Shown in pieces: positions 48,589 through 58,423 of a stretch of DNA of 64,000 bases; the stretch's first letter is position 1; each line of letters begins with the position of its first letter. Origin of the DNA: an uncultured virus (IMG/VR IMGVR_UViG_3300042860_004714) (lineage: Duplodnaviria; Heunggongvirae; Uroviricota; Caudoviricetes); IMG/VR virus record IMGVR_UViG_3300042860_004714; one strand, 5' to 3'. Under the pieces are notes generated by a model. That model saw only the letters and a list, made by a program, of their open reading frames with translations, did not search any database and had not been told where the DNA came from. The translations under genes were made by a program, and so were the position numbers.

Positions 48589-50001
48589 ATGAAGTATCTG
48601 AACAATGACGATGATCTCATTCTCCCTCCTCCTGAGAAATCACTCCCGCAAAGACATGCCGGGAGGGTGGGTTTGGGAGTAGGGGTTGCAACAATAGTCG
48701 GGGTTATTACCTTTGGCACTATGGTCGATCTCAGGGCAGATCTTGAGAAAACCCAGAGTGAGATTATGAGGCTCAAAGACGCCCTCGCACTTGAAACCGA
48801 ACTTCTGAACAGGAAGCTCAATAAAGTCCAGAGGGTCCAGGAGAAAACACTTCAAGTGGAGGCACGGCTCATCCAAGTAGGGAAGACGGGGCACGAGGCT
48901 TGCGTGGAGGCGGGCTTTACTTGTGGCTTTGTCCTTTCTACGTCAGTCGTAGACTCAAAAACAGTAGACTTTGCTGGGTGGCATGTGAGCACCTGCGACT
49001 CGAAGGTCTACAAGTCCCGCGGAAAACATCTCCTCACTGGAGATTACATCCGTGGACCTGGCGTGAAGGGGGCTTATAGTGATGATCTCCTCCTTTTAGA
49101 GGGGGAAGATAGCTACACCGCATACTGTATCACCAACCCCAGCCGGGGTTCAGAGATTCCCTTTTCGCCCATTACTGGGGGTTCGGTGGATTACCCGATG
49201 GTTCAAGTCCCAGCGGGCACCTTCGTGATGGGCTCCCCGGGGGACGAGGCAGGGCGGTACATCGACGAGGTGCAGCATTGGGTGACGCTGAGCCGCGGCA
49301 TCTGGATGGGGACGACGGAGGTCACGCAGGGGCTGTGGCGGGCGGTGATGGGGAGCAACCCGTCCACCGCCGAGTACGAGGGTGTGTCGCTGGTGGGCGC
49401 CACGCTGCCGGCGCAGACCGTGAGCTGGTGCGAGGCGGTGGCCTTCGCGAACCGGCTGTCGGCGCGGGAGGGCCTGCCGGCGGCGTACCGCGGGGTGGAC
49501 CAGTGCGAGGCCAGCGAAGGCACCAGCGTGGTCTGGGACCGGTCCAGCGCGGGCTACCGGCTGCCGACGGAGGCGGAGTGGGAGTACGCGGCCCGCGGGG
49601 GCGTGGGTGGCGCATATGCGGGCGGGGTGAAGGCGGAGGGGGTGTGCGCGGTGGCGAACGTGCTGAACCCGTCGGCGAAGCAGCGCTTCGGCTTCGACCA
49701 TGAGGCCTTCGGGTGCGAAGACGGGCACGCGGGCGCGGCGCCGGTGGGGAGCTTCCGGGCGAACGGGTACGGCCTGCACGACATGACGGGCAACGTGTGG
49801 GAGTGGTGCTGGGACTGGTACGGGGCCTACGGCGGCGCCAGCGCTGACCCCACGGGGGCCCAGTCCGGCCGCAACCGGGTGGTTCGCGGCGGCTCCTGGT
49901 TCGGCGACCCGCGCCGCGCCCGGGTCGCCCGCCGCGACGGGGGCGTGCCCGGCTTCCGCGTTGACTACCTCGGCTTGCGTCTCGTGAGGACGGTCTTTTG
50001 A
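48589..50001 (+). CDS. Membrane-anchored FGE-sulfatase (C-type-lectin fold) domain protein
   Basis: TM helix, coiled coil, then F.MGS, TEVTQ, YRLPTEAEWEYAARG, GLHDM.GNV.EWC.D, RV.RGGSW, LGLRL. Confidence 0.92.
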   Translation: MKYLNNDDDLILPPPEKSLPQRHAGRVGLGVGVATIVGVITFGTMVDLRADLEKTQSEIMRLKDALALETELLNRKLNKVQRVQEKTLQVEARLIQVGKTGHEACVEAGFTCGFVLSTSVVDSKTVDFAGWHVSTCDSKVYKSRGKHLLTGDYIRGPGVKGAYSDDLLLLEGEDSYTAYCITNPSRGSEIPFSPITGGSVDYPMVQVPAGTFVMGSPGDEAGRYIDEVQHWVTLSRGIWMGTTEVTQGLWRAVMGSNPSTAEYEGVSLVGATLPAQTVSWCEAVAFANRLSAREGLPAAYRGVDQCEASEGTSVVWDRSSAGYRLPTEAEWEYAARGGVGGAYAGGVKAEGVCAVANVLNPSAKQRFGFDHEAFGCEDGHAGAAPVGSFRANGYGLHDMTGNVWEWCWDWYGAYGGASADPTGAQSGRNRVVRGGSWFGDPRRARVARRDGGVPGFRVDYLGLRLVRTVF

Positions 50002-50014
50002 TCGCAGGGCATGA

Positions 50015-50042
50015 CTTGGATCGGGAATTGTCCTGATCCAAG
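50015..50042. other. 12-bp-stem hairpin downstream of FGE gene
   Basis: CTTGGATCGGGA-ATTG-TCCTGATCCAAG; no U-tract. Confidence 0.65.
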
Positions 50043-50096
50043 CATCAGTAAGGCTTCTTCAAAGCTTTACTTGACCAGTCACTTAAGGAGGATCAA

Positions 50097-50507
50097 ATGG
50101 AAACCCGCAAAACTGCCACGTTCAAGAATCACTTGTGGCTCAAGCATTACGAAAAGTTGATTGTTTTGGCTACGCTGCTCCAAATAACGGCATCCGTCAT
50201 TAATTCGTTGGGACAAATAAGTCGCAACGTCGACCTCAGCAATGCGAATGGGGCAATCATCGTGACGGGACTCTCGCTGGGGTTAGTGATCCACGCTGCT
50301 GCAGGGTTTGGTCTTATGGCTATAGCGTCTAACCTTCAGGCCTCCAACAGCAGGGCAATCAGGCTTGTCTTAGCCGTGCTACTTTCCATTTACCCTTTCG
50401 TTTGCTTCATGGTGCCCTTCAATCTTATTGCGGGGTTGGTGGTGGGCGTAAACGAGATCGGGGGTTGGTGGAAGTCAAGGTCTTCGGACTCTGACCCCCG
50501 CAAGTAG
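50097..50507 (+). CDS. Multi-pass membrane protein
   Basis: Three to four hydrophobic helices, GGAGG RBS. Confidence 0.75.
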   Translation: METRKTATFKNHLWLKHYEKLIVLATLLQITASVINSLGQISRNVDLSNANGAIIVTGLSLGLVIHAAAGFGLMAIASNLQASNSRAIRLVLAVLLSIYPFVCFMVPFNLIAGLVVGVNEIGGWWKSRSSDSDPRK

Positions 50508-50555
50508 GGGATTTTGGTCAGCATATCCCCAGTCTGATTTCTCGCGCTGCCTTGG

Positions 50556-50654
50556 CGACAGAGATACCGTTAGAGATTATCAATCGCTTGATAGCAAGCA
50601 GACCGAAGGAGTGACCGCATGACCCGCTCCCTGTTCCCTTTCCTGGCTGTCGTT
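50556..50654 (+). repeat. 99-bp direct repeat, copy 2
   Basis: Matches 48357-48455. Confidence 0.95.
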
Positions 50655-52439
50655 GCTGGGTGCAACTCGAAGCAAGTCATTGAAGACGCGCAGTGCTCTG
50701 ATGAGGAGCAGGGCATGTTTATGGCGTGCCTTTCCTCAGGGTGTTCCGCCTCCTACGCGCAGGACCTCAGCGGCGCGGACTCCTGTTCGGTCGAAGGTGG
50801 CGGTACAGTTGTCTCAGTCGAAGCTGGCGGAGAGTGTGGTTTTACGTCTTCCGGCTCATGCTACGTCTTGTGTGATTGCCCCGATGGAGTGGGCGTAGAG
50901 TTCAACACCGCGGACCGAGAACCGCAAGAATCTCCTTCTGAGTATGAAGGCGACATGGCAGGAGAGTGCTCAGACAGGGCAGACAATGATCGAGATGGCC
51001 TGTACGACTGCAACGATCCCGACTGCGAGGGAAGCCCGGACTGCGCGGAAAGTGTGGACACTGCGGATAGTTCGGAGGAACCCGGCACGGAGGACACTGG
51101 CGCTCCGGAAGACACAGGAGAAACTGGGGGAGAAGACCCTGCAGTAGACGCCGACGGTGACGGGTACACCGTGGGCGACGGAGACTGCAACGACCGCAAT
51201 CCGGCGATCAACCCCTCCTCCACGGATATCGTCGGCGACCTGATCGATCAGAACTGCGACGGGATTGACGGCACCGACATGGACCGCGATGGGTTTGCTT
51301 CCGAAGCCAGCGGCGGCAGCGACTGCGACGACTTCGACGCAGTGATCAACCCCAACTACGGAATTTGGGATGAGACGGATTACGTAGATTCAAACTGTGA
51401 CGGAGAGGACGGTCTGAACTGGACATACAAATCATTAACGCTTTCTCACCTGTACATCCGGAATACGGGTGACTTTGACGGAGACTCTAAAACTGATTTA
51501 GTTCTGTACGAAACAAGAACAGGGGATGTATGTATAATTTTCGGCTCATCTCTATCTTCTTCTGCTGTCAGTGTGATGACTGCATCAGATTGTGATATTC
51601 TAACAGATATTGGGGGACAAGAATTTTCTGTCGGCGATGTTGATTCTGACGGAAAAGACGACCTCCTACACAAAAATTATTCGACGGGAACCGGATACTT
51701 GTTTTACGGGTCCACAATAGCAACATCAACAGCATTATGGTCTGGGTCTAATCACGACATTGTTATTTCTCCCGGTTGGGGGTCGATCACATATTTTCAG
51801 ATTATCGAAGACGTCAATGGTGATTCTGTCGATGACATTTTTGTCTACGCATCTTCTTACGTGCACATTCTTGTGTCGCCTTTCACTCGTTCGTCTTTGA
51901 CCGTATCAACAGACAAGCTTGTGTCCTTGACAGGAACCTACGCCTATGACGGGATAACTGTCTTACCACTGGATCTAAACTACAACGGTAAAATGGATTT
52001 TCTATTTGATCGAGGCTATGCGGATGTGAGTACCAGCAAACGAAATTTCTCGACATTTTTCCCAACAGGTGTGTTGCCTGATATTGATGGGGACGGAAAC
52101 AAAGAAATAACAGACGGAAATTGCGTTCAGAACGCTAGCAACTACTCAGACAGTTCTTTTTGTGACTACTACGTAAGCTACACATTGACCGCGCGGCAAC
52201 TGGCAGATTTTGATGGAGACGGACTTGCAGACGACTACTTCTACTGTTCTGTGATCCACTCAACATATTACGACTGCTACATTAAGAAAGACATTCTGTT
52301 GGCGCCGGGCTCAAATGTACACATCCACGGAGCTCACGCTAACGAGAACTATTTCTTCTCTGGTGACTTTAACGGAGATGGAAAGGACGAGATCGTTGCG
52401 TCTGATGGCAGTAGCAGCAATATAATCGGATTCAGGTAA
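50619..52439 (+). CDS. Lipoprotein with MopE-type Cys/Asp metal-binding repeats and FG-GAP-like repeats
   Basis: VVAGC lipobox; DADGDG...DCND.NP.INP......D..DQNCDG; GDFDGD, GDVDSDG.DD, GDFNGDGKDE. Confidence 0.85.
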   Translation: MTRSLFPFLAVVAGCNSKQVIEDAQCSDEEQGMFMACLSSGCSASYAQDLSGADSCSVEGGGTVVSVEAGGECGFTSSGSCYVLCDCPDGVGVEFNTADREPQESPSEYEGDMAGECSDRADNDRDGLYDCNDPDCEGSPDCAESVDTADSSEEPGTEDTGAPEDTGETGGEDPAVDADGDGYTVGDGDCNDRNPAINPSSTDIVGDLIDQNCDGIDGTDMDRDGFASEASGGSDCDDFDAVINPNYGIWDETDYVDSNCDGEDGLNWTYKSLTLSHLYIRNTGDFDGDSKTDLVLYETRTGDVCIIFGSSLSSSAVSVMTASDCDILTDIGGQEFSVGDVDSDGKDDLLHKNYSTGTGYLFYGSTIATSTALWSGSNHDIVISPGWGSITYFQIIEDVNGDSVDDIFVYASSYVHILVSPFTRSSLTVSTDKLVSLTGTYAYDGITVLPLDLNYNGKMDFLFDRGYADVSTSKRNFSTFFPTGVLPDIDGDGNKEITDGNCVQNASNYSDSSFCDYYVSYTLTARQLADFDGDGLADDYFYCSVIHSTYYDCYIKKDILLAPGSNVHIHGAHANENYFFSGDFNGDGKDEIVASDGSSSNIIGFR

Positions 52440-52491
52440 CAAGAGAACAACACAGGCTGAATGCTTAATTACAGCACATTGGAGGTAAAAA

Positions 52492-53649
52492 ATGCTTTTG
52501 TCGCTGTTCGTAGTGCTGTCCCTGTCCGCACAGGCGAGAGATATCACACACTACTTTGCCGCTTGCAAAGACGGTTCACTGCACTACGTAGGGCACGAAA
52601 AAGAAATGACTTTTGAGGATGCAGAGAGAAGCGGGTGGTCTCTCTGTGATATGTTTATTTTGTCAGATAGAGGCGAAAATAACTACAGAGGAATATACAG
52701 CAGGCAGGCGCCGCACAATGATTACAAGAAGATTTTTTATGAGCTGACTTTAGCCTACGAAAAGAAAGTTTACTTAGAGATACAGGAAAAGATTGCTTAC
52801 AGAGAGCAGCAGAAAAGGCTGGAGGATGAGCGCAAAGCTGATTTAGAATTAGAAGAGAGGCGAGATTGTTCCCGAAAGAAAACAAAACCCGCAATAGTTT
52901 ATGCCTGCCCTTTGGGCTCTTATGCTTTACACCCTTCAAACTGTGAAGTTGTCATAGGTCACGTTTCTACGGGCGCTCATGCGGTTGAACTCGATACAGG
53001 AATAAAAATACTTCCAGAAGGCCAGTCTTGTCAAATTTCAGGAAAAACTATTGATAGTGCTTACTTAGACGAAGCTTTGCTGTGTTCTGTAAACAACAAC
53101 TGTTCTCGCAATGTTGTTCCTCTGACTATAAGTGTGGATTTAAAGGAACCGCTCAAAAAAGCAAAGGAAGATTGGTCCAGAGCTGACCAAGAAAACGAAA
53201 AGAAAAAAACATATGATTGTCTCGCTGGTGTGTGTTTAAATGCGCCCGCATCAAGTATTTCTTCTAAGTTAGTCACAGTTTCAGAAGTGGTCATGCACAG
53301 AGCGGTAGAAGTTTGCTCTGGTCGAATCGTTCGCATCAGACTGTGGGCAGGTTGGGTCGAAGAGGGCTATGGGGGTTGGGTAGACGTTCTACCAGGTGCG
53401 CAACACAAAGGTTACAACTACGGCGCGGAAAAAGCGAACAATCACATGGTTCAAATGGATAGTGAATTGGCAAAAATGGGGTGGGTAGTCGGCTGGCACA
53501 AGGAAAGACGAGTACACCCAAGCAAAATGGGTTGGCGTATAATAGAAAGCGCAGAAGGAGGCAACGGCGGAAGTTGGTTAGTAAGCCTTGAGTCGATTCA
53601 TGCCGACCACCTTACCCTTTGCGAGCAAAAACGACAAGAGGGACTTTAG
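52492..53649 (+). CDS. Secreted AT-rich hypothetical protein
   Basis: Signal peptide ending AQA; C-terminal domain paralogous to 24453..24956. Confidence 0.75.
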   Translation: MLLSLFVVLSLSAQARDITHYFAACKDGSLHYVGHEKEMTFEDAERSGWSLCDMFILSDRGENNYRGIYSRQAPHNDYKKIFYELTLAYEKKVYLEIQEKIAYREQQKRLEDERKADLELEERRDCSRKKTKPAIVYACPLGSYALHPSNCEVVIGHVSTGAHAVELDTGIKILPEGQSCQISGKTIDSAYLDEALLCSVNNNCSRNVVPLTISVDLKEPLKKAKEDWSRADQENEKKKTYDCLAGVCLNAPASSISSKLVTVSEVVMHRAVEVCSGRIVRIRLWAGWVEEGYGGWVDVLPGAQHKGYNYGAEKANNHMVQMDSELAKMGWVVGWHKERRVHPSKMGWRIIESAEGGNGGSWLVSLESIHADHLTLCEQKRQEGL

Positions 53650-53722
53650 GTTAGACCTTGTGCAAGCGAGGAGGGCTCGGAGCTTACTTTGACATCAACA
53701 AAACGTTTGCGGGGAAGAAGTA

Positions 53723-54823
53723 ATGCAGTACGTCATGATACCTTTCGCGTTCGACACGCGCGTGAAGCCAGAAGCTCTCTACAACAACAGCATCCAGCCT
53801 GAAGCCAAGATGGACTTCTTCCCGGCGAAGGTTGTCGGATTCTGTATCGACCCGGGCAAGAAGATTGAGGTGATTGTCGAAGCCATCATCGACACCAGCC
53901 AAACCCAGACGGGTCGGTTCTACGACGTGCCGTTGAGCTTCCTGGGGAACGACAGGGAAGCAGGCATGTCCTACGACAACCTTGCTCCCGACACGAAAGA
54001 AGTGCCCTTCTACACAGCCGAGACTTGGGTGAGGATGGTCAACGTCTACCGCGAGGGCCGAGTTATTGAAGGAAACAGGGTAGGAAGCCTCACCTGGAAC
54101 TACGCAGACGTGACGCTCAACATCGTGGTCACGTCAGCAGGAACAGTCATCATCGCCCCGCCCCACAAGATCACAGTCGGTTATCACCCGACTTTTCTGC
54201 CGTCTTGGATGCGGAAGCGTTACGATGACAGCCAATTTCCTCTCGAGCTGACTCGAGTGTATGACCCGCCGAAGAAGAAGGCTGAAGAAGCAAGAAAACT
54301 TGCTGTTCGTGCTCTGGAGTCCGACGAAGGTTGGAGGTCTCACGGCTTAGGGCTTATCCAGAAGTATGTAGACGGTCTTCGTGTTCATGTCTGGTCGAAG
54401 GGCGACGTGAAGATCGGGCTCAACGGAGGCATCCACAACCACCGCTACTCGCTCAACAGCATCGTGGTTCTGGGCGTCATCACGCAGGAGGAGTGGGAAG
54501 CTACAGAAAATCCGAAAGGGATGTGGTCGGAGTTCCGCCACGACAACGCTACCTGGGAAGTAGAGTTTACGGGGAAGAGGTATGACTTGACCCCAAGGAC
54601 GCAAGATATTTACGCAGGTCAGATGTACTCTTTCCCGCGTCACTGCTTCCATCGCACACTTCCCAGAAGCGAGATTGCAATTACAGTGGTGGACCGGGAA
54701 GGTGTTGAGGGCAAGTCTTGTGCTTTGGCTCCTTTGGGGGTCAACATCGTCAACGGGCAGTCGATTGAGCTGGACGTAAAGAAGATTGTCAGCTCGGCTC
54801 GAAAGCACCTGGGGGTAAAGTGA
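53723..54823 (+). CDS. Two-domain protein with C-terminal cupin-like domain
   Basis: LRVHVW, IHNHRY...S.V..G, G..Y.F....FHRT. Confidence 0.6.
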   Translation: MQYVMIPFAFDTRVKPEALYNNSIQPEAKMDFFPAKVVGFCIDPGKKIEVIVEAIIDTSQTQTGRFYDVPLSFLGNDREAGMSYDNLAPDTKEVPFYTAETWVRMVNVYREGRVIEGNRVGSLTWNYADVTLNIVVTSAGTVIIAPPHKITVGYHPTFLPSWMRKRYDDSQFPLELTRVYDPPKKKAEEARKLAVRALESDEGWRSHGLGLIQKYVDGLRVHVWSKGDVKIGLNGGIHNHRYSLNSIVVLGVITQEEWEATENPKGMWSEFRHDNATWEVEFTGKRYDLTPRTQDIYAGQMYSFPRHCFHRTLPRSEIAITVVDREGVEGKSCALAPLGVNIVNGQSIELDVKKIVSSARKHLGVK

Positions 54824-55242
54824 GTGCAACGCCCAAGTACCTCTACTGCATCGAAGCCAAGCTGTCCGATAACCGTTGGACCACGGTCGTAGGGGAGCAG
54901 GACGGGTCACTTGAATACATGCGCGGCCGCTTCGATGCATTTCGAGAGAGGCCAGGCCCGCAACCTGCCTTCCGTCTCTTGCGGATGAACGTTAAAGACG
55001 CTTCCGCAGGCGCCAAGGTATTGTACGAGATCCACGAAAAAACTGAGCTTTCTGTAGGCGCGATGCCACAAACAGTCGGGTTTCAGTGGTCGAGGTATGC
55101 CAGTGCTGCGGCTGACGCACTTCACACGGCAGCGCATGATGTTCGATATGCGGCCCGAAACAACCCCGAGCTGCAACAGCATCACGAAAAACTCATAGCT
55201 CTCGCCTCCGAAGTAGAGAGACTTCTGCCGACAAGTGGTTAA
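54820..55242 (+). CDS. Hypothetical protein
   Basis: GTGA-coupled ORF. Confidence 0.65.
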   Translation: MSATPKYLYCIEAKLSDNRWTTVVGEQDGSLEYMRGRFDAFRERPGPQPAFRLLRMNVKDASAGAKVLYEIHEKTELSVGAMPQTVGFQWSRYASAAADALHTAAHDVRYAARNNPELQQHHEKLIALASEVERLLPTSG

Positions 55243-55266
55243 GAGGTAAGGCAGAGAGGTATAAGT

Positions 55267-56058
55267 ATGGAAGGCGAAGAAAATCTGCTTGAGTCACCTG
55301 ATTTGACTTTCATTTTGGGTGACACGACGTCAGTGTGTTCGGCGCTACCCGACGAGAGCTTCAGTCTCATACACTCAGACTTGCCGTTCAATACGGGGAG
55401 AGTGCAGAAGGGTAGTGCCGGGCAGTACGAAGACAAGTTTGACGACTTCAGTGCCTGGTTGACGGAACAAGTCACGCTTTACCGTAGACTTCTGGCTCCG
55501 AAAGGTGTGCTTGCTCTACAGCTTGATGACAGAGAGTATGTAACGCTTCGGTCTGTGTGCAACGCAGTTATGGGACCTGAGAACTACAGAGGTACGCTGA
55601 TCTGGCATTACGACACAGGGGGTCTTGCGAAGAACTGGTGGTCGATGAAGCACCAGTACATCGTGCTCTACGGTTCAGGCAAAGAGGAACCTGTCTTTCA
55701 CGCAGACCAAGTGCCTCTGGTGCCACGAAAAGCTCTTCCAAAGAAAGTCGTAAACGCGGCCGGAGAAGAGAAGGTTTACGGCGGAGACAAAAGGCTTTGC
55801 TCTGTGTGGAACATGAACTGGTCCACGACAGACCCACAACGGTGCGGTTACCCGAGTCAAAAGCCTTCTTCGCTCGCAGAGACCTTAATCCGAGTGCATA
55901 CGAACGAAGGTGATTGGGTGCTTGATCCTTGTTGCGGTTCAGGCACGACAGGCTTCGCGGCTCATGCGCTGCGCAGAAATGCAGTGATCGTCGACAAAAA
56001 CCCAGAAGCTCTTCTTTCTGCAAAAGCAAGAGCCAAGAAGAAGCAGGAGACAACGTGA
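55267..56058 (+). CDS. Orphan N4/N6 DNA methyltransferase (beta class)
   Basis: DLPFNTG (motif IV variant), YPSQKP..L, GD.VLDP.CGSGTT. Confidence 0.88.
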   Translation: MEGEENLLESPDLTFILGDTTSVCSALPDESFSLIHSDLPFNTGRVQKGSAGQYEDKFDDFSAWLTEQVTLYRRLLAPKGVLALQLDDREYVTLRSVCNAVMGPENYRGTLIWHYDTGGLAKNWWSMKHQYIVLYGSGKEEPVFHADQVPLVPRKALPKKVVNAAGEEKVYGGDKRLCSVWNMNWSTTDPQRCGYPSQKPSSLAETLIRVHTNEGDWVLDPCCGSGTTGFAAHALRRNAVIVDKNPEALLSAKARAKKKQETT

Positions 56059-56342
56059 ACGCGGCAGAGAAAGTCGCCAAGATCAGAGAAGCGCAAAAAG
56101 ATCTATTCCTACAGGAGATGCGGATCAGGGCAGAGATCGAATGGGTAATCAACGAGGAGTTTGGGGCAGAGTACGAATCGTTGGTTTCCTTGGCCCACAT
56201 GCAACAAGGAGTTTTGCTCGGAGCGAACAAGATAACTATTTTCTTGTCTACGGGACCCCCTTTAGCTTCGCAGGAAATCCTCCAGCAAAAGATGAAGAAT
56301 GTTGAGCAGAAGACTGGAATTCCAACAGTACTTGGGCTGTGA
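56055..56342 (+). CDS. Hypothetical protein
   Basis: AGGAG RBS, GTG start. Confidence 0.6.
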   Translation: MNAAEKVAKIREAQKDLFLQEMRIRAEIEWVINEEFGAEYESLVSLAHMQQGVLLGANKITIFLSTGPPLASQEILQQKMKNVEQKTGIPTVLGL

Positions 56343-56382
56343 CCACGACTGAACCGCAAACACAATAGGCAGGAAGAAAGTT

Positions 56383-56766
56383 ATGCCGATCTACGTGTGT
56401 TCTGATGGCAATGGTGTGCTCGAGATCGAGGCGGATAGCGGGGAAGCAGCCGCCCATGATTACGTCGACGGAGGCGAGTGGGGCCACAACAACAAAACCT
56501 TCTGGATCAACGTCCGCGTCACCGAGAAGGGCACCAACGACACTGAGCTTCACAAGATCGAAGTGGAACCCGAGGAGCCCGAGTGTGAGGACGGCAACGA
56601 TCACCACTGGCGTGAGGTTTCGATGAGGGGCAACGCAGGCGGCGTGATTACCACGTCTCGTTGTGTGCATTGTGGCAAGGAAGTGACAGTGAACACCTGG
56701 GATTACGATCCGCAAGATGGACAGCAAGCACTTTGCAGCGTCGAGTACGGGATGCAGGAATGCTGA
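56383..56766 (+). CDS. Hypothetical acidic zinc-ribbon protein
   Basis: EC....HHW and CVHCG. Confidence 0.65.
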   Translation: MPIYVCSDGNGVLEIEADSGEAAAHDYVDGGEWGHNNKTFWINVRVTEKGTNDTELHKIEVEPEEPECEDGNDHHWREVSMRGNAGGVITTSRCVHCGKEVTVNTWDYDPQDGQQALCSVEYGMQEC

Positions 56767-57329
56767 TCGCTTTCTCTGGTAAGAAGGGAGCAGGCAAGGA
56801 CACTTGTGCGGTCATCCTCGACTTCATCGCAAAGTCGGAAGGGATGCAGACCTACACTGTTGGCTTTGCTGATGCGATGAAGAGCATTCTCGGCATGATC
56901 TTCCGGGTGAACCCAAAGATCTTTTACGACAACAAGGACACGCCCAACGAAAGCCTCAAAGGCAAGACGCCCAGAGGTGTGCTGATCTCTTTCGCCAAGT
57001 GGGTGCGGGAGACCAAGGACGACGCTTGGGTGTCTCACGTGCAAGTGGCACTTGAGAGTTTGGGTGGTCCTGACAAGCTCAATATGGTGACGGACTTGAG
57101 GCACGTCATCGAATACGAGGCTCTTCGAGGCAAAGGAGCCATCCTCGTTCGAGTCATCCGTCCTGGCACGGAGAACGAAGACGACATCTCAGAGACCGCG
57201 CTCGACGACCACGAGTTCGACTACGTCGTCTACAACAACGGCACAATCTTAGACCTCACGAAGACTCTCCAGAAGTTGTGGCAGGACATCAAAGACAAGG
57301 AGCAGGAACATGCACTTTCTTTCTCCTGA
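56760..57329 (+). CDS. Deoxynucleoside monophosphate kinase
   Basis: IAFSGKKGAGKDT, FADAMK, TPR..L, VTDLR...E, SETALD. Confidence 0.88.
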   Translation: MLIAFSGKKGAGKDTCAVILDFIAKSEGMQTYTVGFADAMKSILGMIFRVNPKIFYDNKDTPNESLKGKTPRGVLISFAKWVRETKDDAWVSHVQVALESLGGPDKLNMVTDLRHVIEYEALRGKGAILVRVIRPGTENEDDISETALDDHEFDYVVYNNGTILDLTKTLQKLWQDIKDKEQEHALSFS

Positions 57330-58398
57330 AGAGATTATGGAAAAGTTCGGCGGCACCTTTTCCGCTTCGGAGAAGAAAAGCTTCTGGAAGTGGCGTGAAG
57401 AAGGAAATCAGTTTTTGCAGCCCTTCACAGAGAGGATCGTGCGCTCGCAGCAAATGGGTTTCCCTCGGTCTGCCGACAGCGTGCTGCGTGATTGGCGAGA
57501 GAGCATGCCGCGACCCGATAATGGGTACGCGGAAGCTCGCTTCAAGCGATGGCCGGACTACGCGAAGGACTGCCAAAGAGCAGTCGTCTTGAGATCTGCC
57601 GAGCACTACGACAAAACACATTGCATAGGCTTTGTGACGGCCGACGGCAACGTGAAGCATGAAGTCTTCTTCTGCAAGAAATCAGGAAGACACTGGAACC
57701 GAAAACTCGGTCATTCCAAGCATCACGCTTGGCTCGACGTAGAAGCAACCAGAAGGAATATCACAACCGAGGAAAGGACGACGCAGGAAAGGCGGAGCTT
57801 CTTCGATCTGTTCCCGTCTGCGTGTTCTCGAGAAATCAAGTTCAAAGCCCTTCATTCCTTGGGCGGGTGGGCTTGTTTTCTTCCGACGGACGAAGGCATG
57901 GCCATCGAGGGTGGATTCTTGCCTTGCCCAGAGCCACACAGGCCCAAGGGTGTTTATCTCTACCAGCTACGAAGCAAGAAGTACGCGAGAAGCAATGAGT
58001 TCAACGAGATGCTGTGGGGCTGGCGGTACGCTTCGCCTGAGATCACAGAAGAAGAGCTCAAAGCTGCCTCGCTGTTCCGCCCTCCCACACCAGAGCAGGA
58101 AAGAGCAGAGTTTTACACCCGAGGGCAACTGGAAGAGCTTGCGACCAAGCTCGGAGTTGAAGCCGCGGTCAACGCGAATGGTTGGTTGCAGTTGACGTGG
58201 AAAGGCATTTACGGCAAGTACATCTTGGGCGTTGTTGTGGACGGCAAGACTCACCTAACGGAAGAAAGAGAAGTGCTTGACCTGCTCGAGAAAGAGTTGA
58301 ACGCTTCTACCGAAAAAGCGAAAGCCGACATCGCCAAGTTGCAGGAAGGTCTTTCTGGTGACCTGAGTTTGCTCGAAAAGATTCGATCTTTGCGTTAG
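57310..58398 (+). CDS. Hypothetical protein
   Basis: 362-aa ORF with RBS. Confidence 0.75.
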   Translation: MHFLSPEEIMEKFGGTFSASEKKSFWKWREEGNQFLQPFTERIVRSQQMGFPRSADSVLRDWRESMPRPDNGYAEARFKRWPDYAKDCQRAVVLRSAEHYDKTHCIGFVTADGNVKHEVFFCKKSGRHWNRKLGHSKHHAWLDVEATRRNITTEERTTQERRSFFDLFPSACSREIKFKALHSLGGWACFLPTDEGMAIEGGFLPCPEPHRPKGVYLYQLRSKKYARSNEFNEMLWGWRYASPEITEEELKAASLFRPPTPEQERAEFYTRGQLEELATKLGVEAAVNANGWLQLTWKGIYGKYILGVVVDGKTHLTEEREVLDLLEKELNASTEKAKADIAKLQEGLSGDLSLLEKIRSLR

Positions 58399-58423
58399 TC
58401 TGTACGAGCACTCTGGAGGTCCC

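Noticed and set aside
48589..50654. Complete diversity-generating retroelement
   Set aside because: No reverse transcriptase, Avd or template repeat visible in the window
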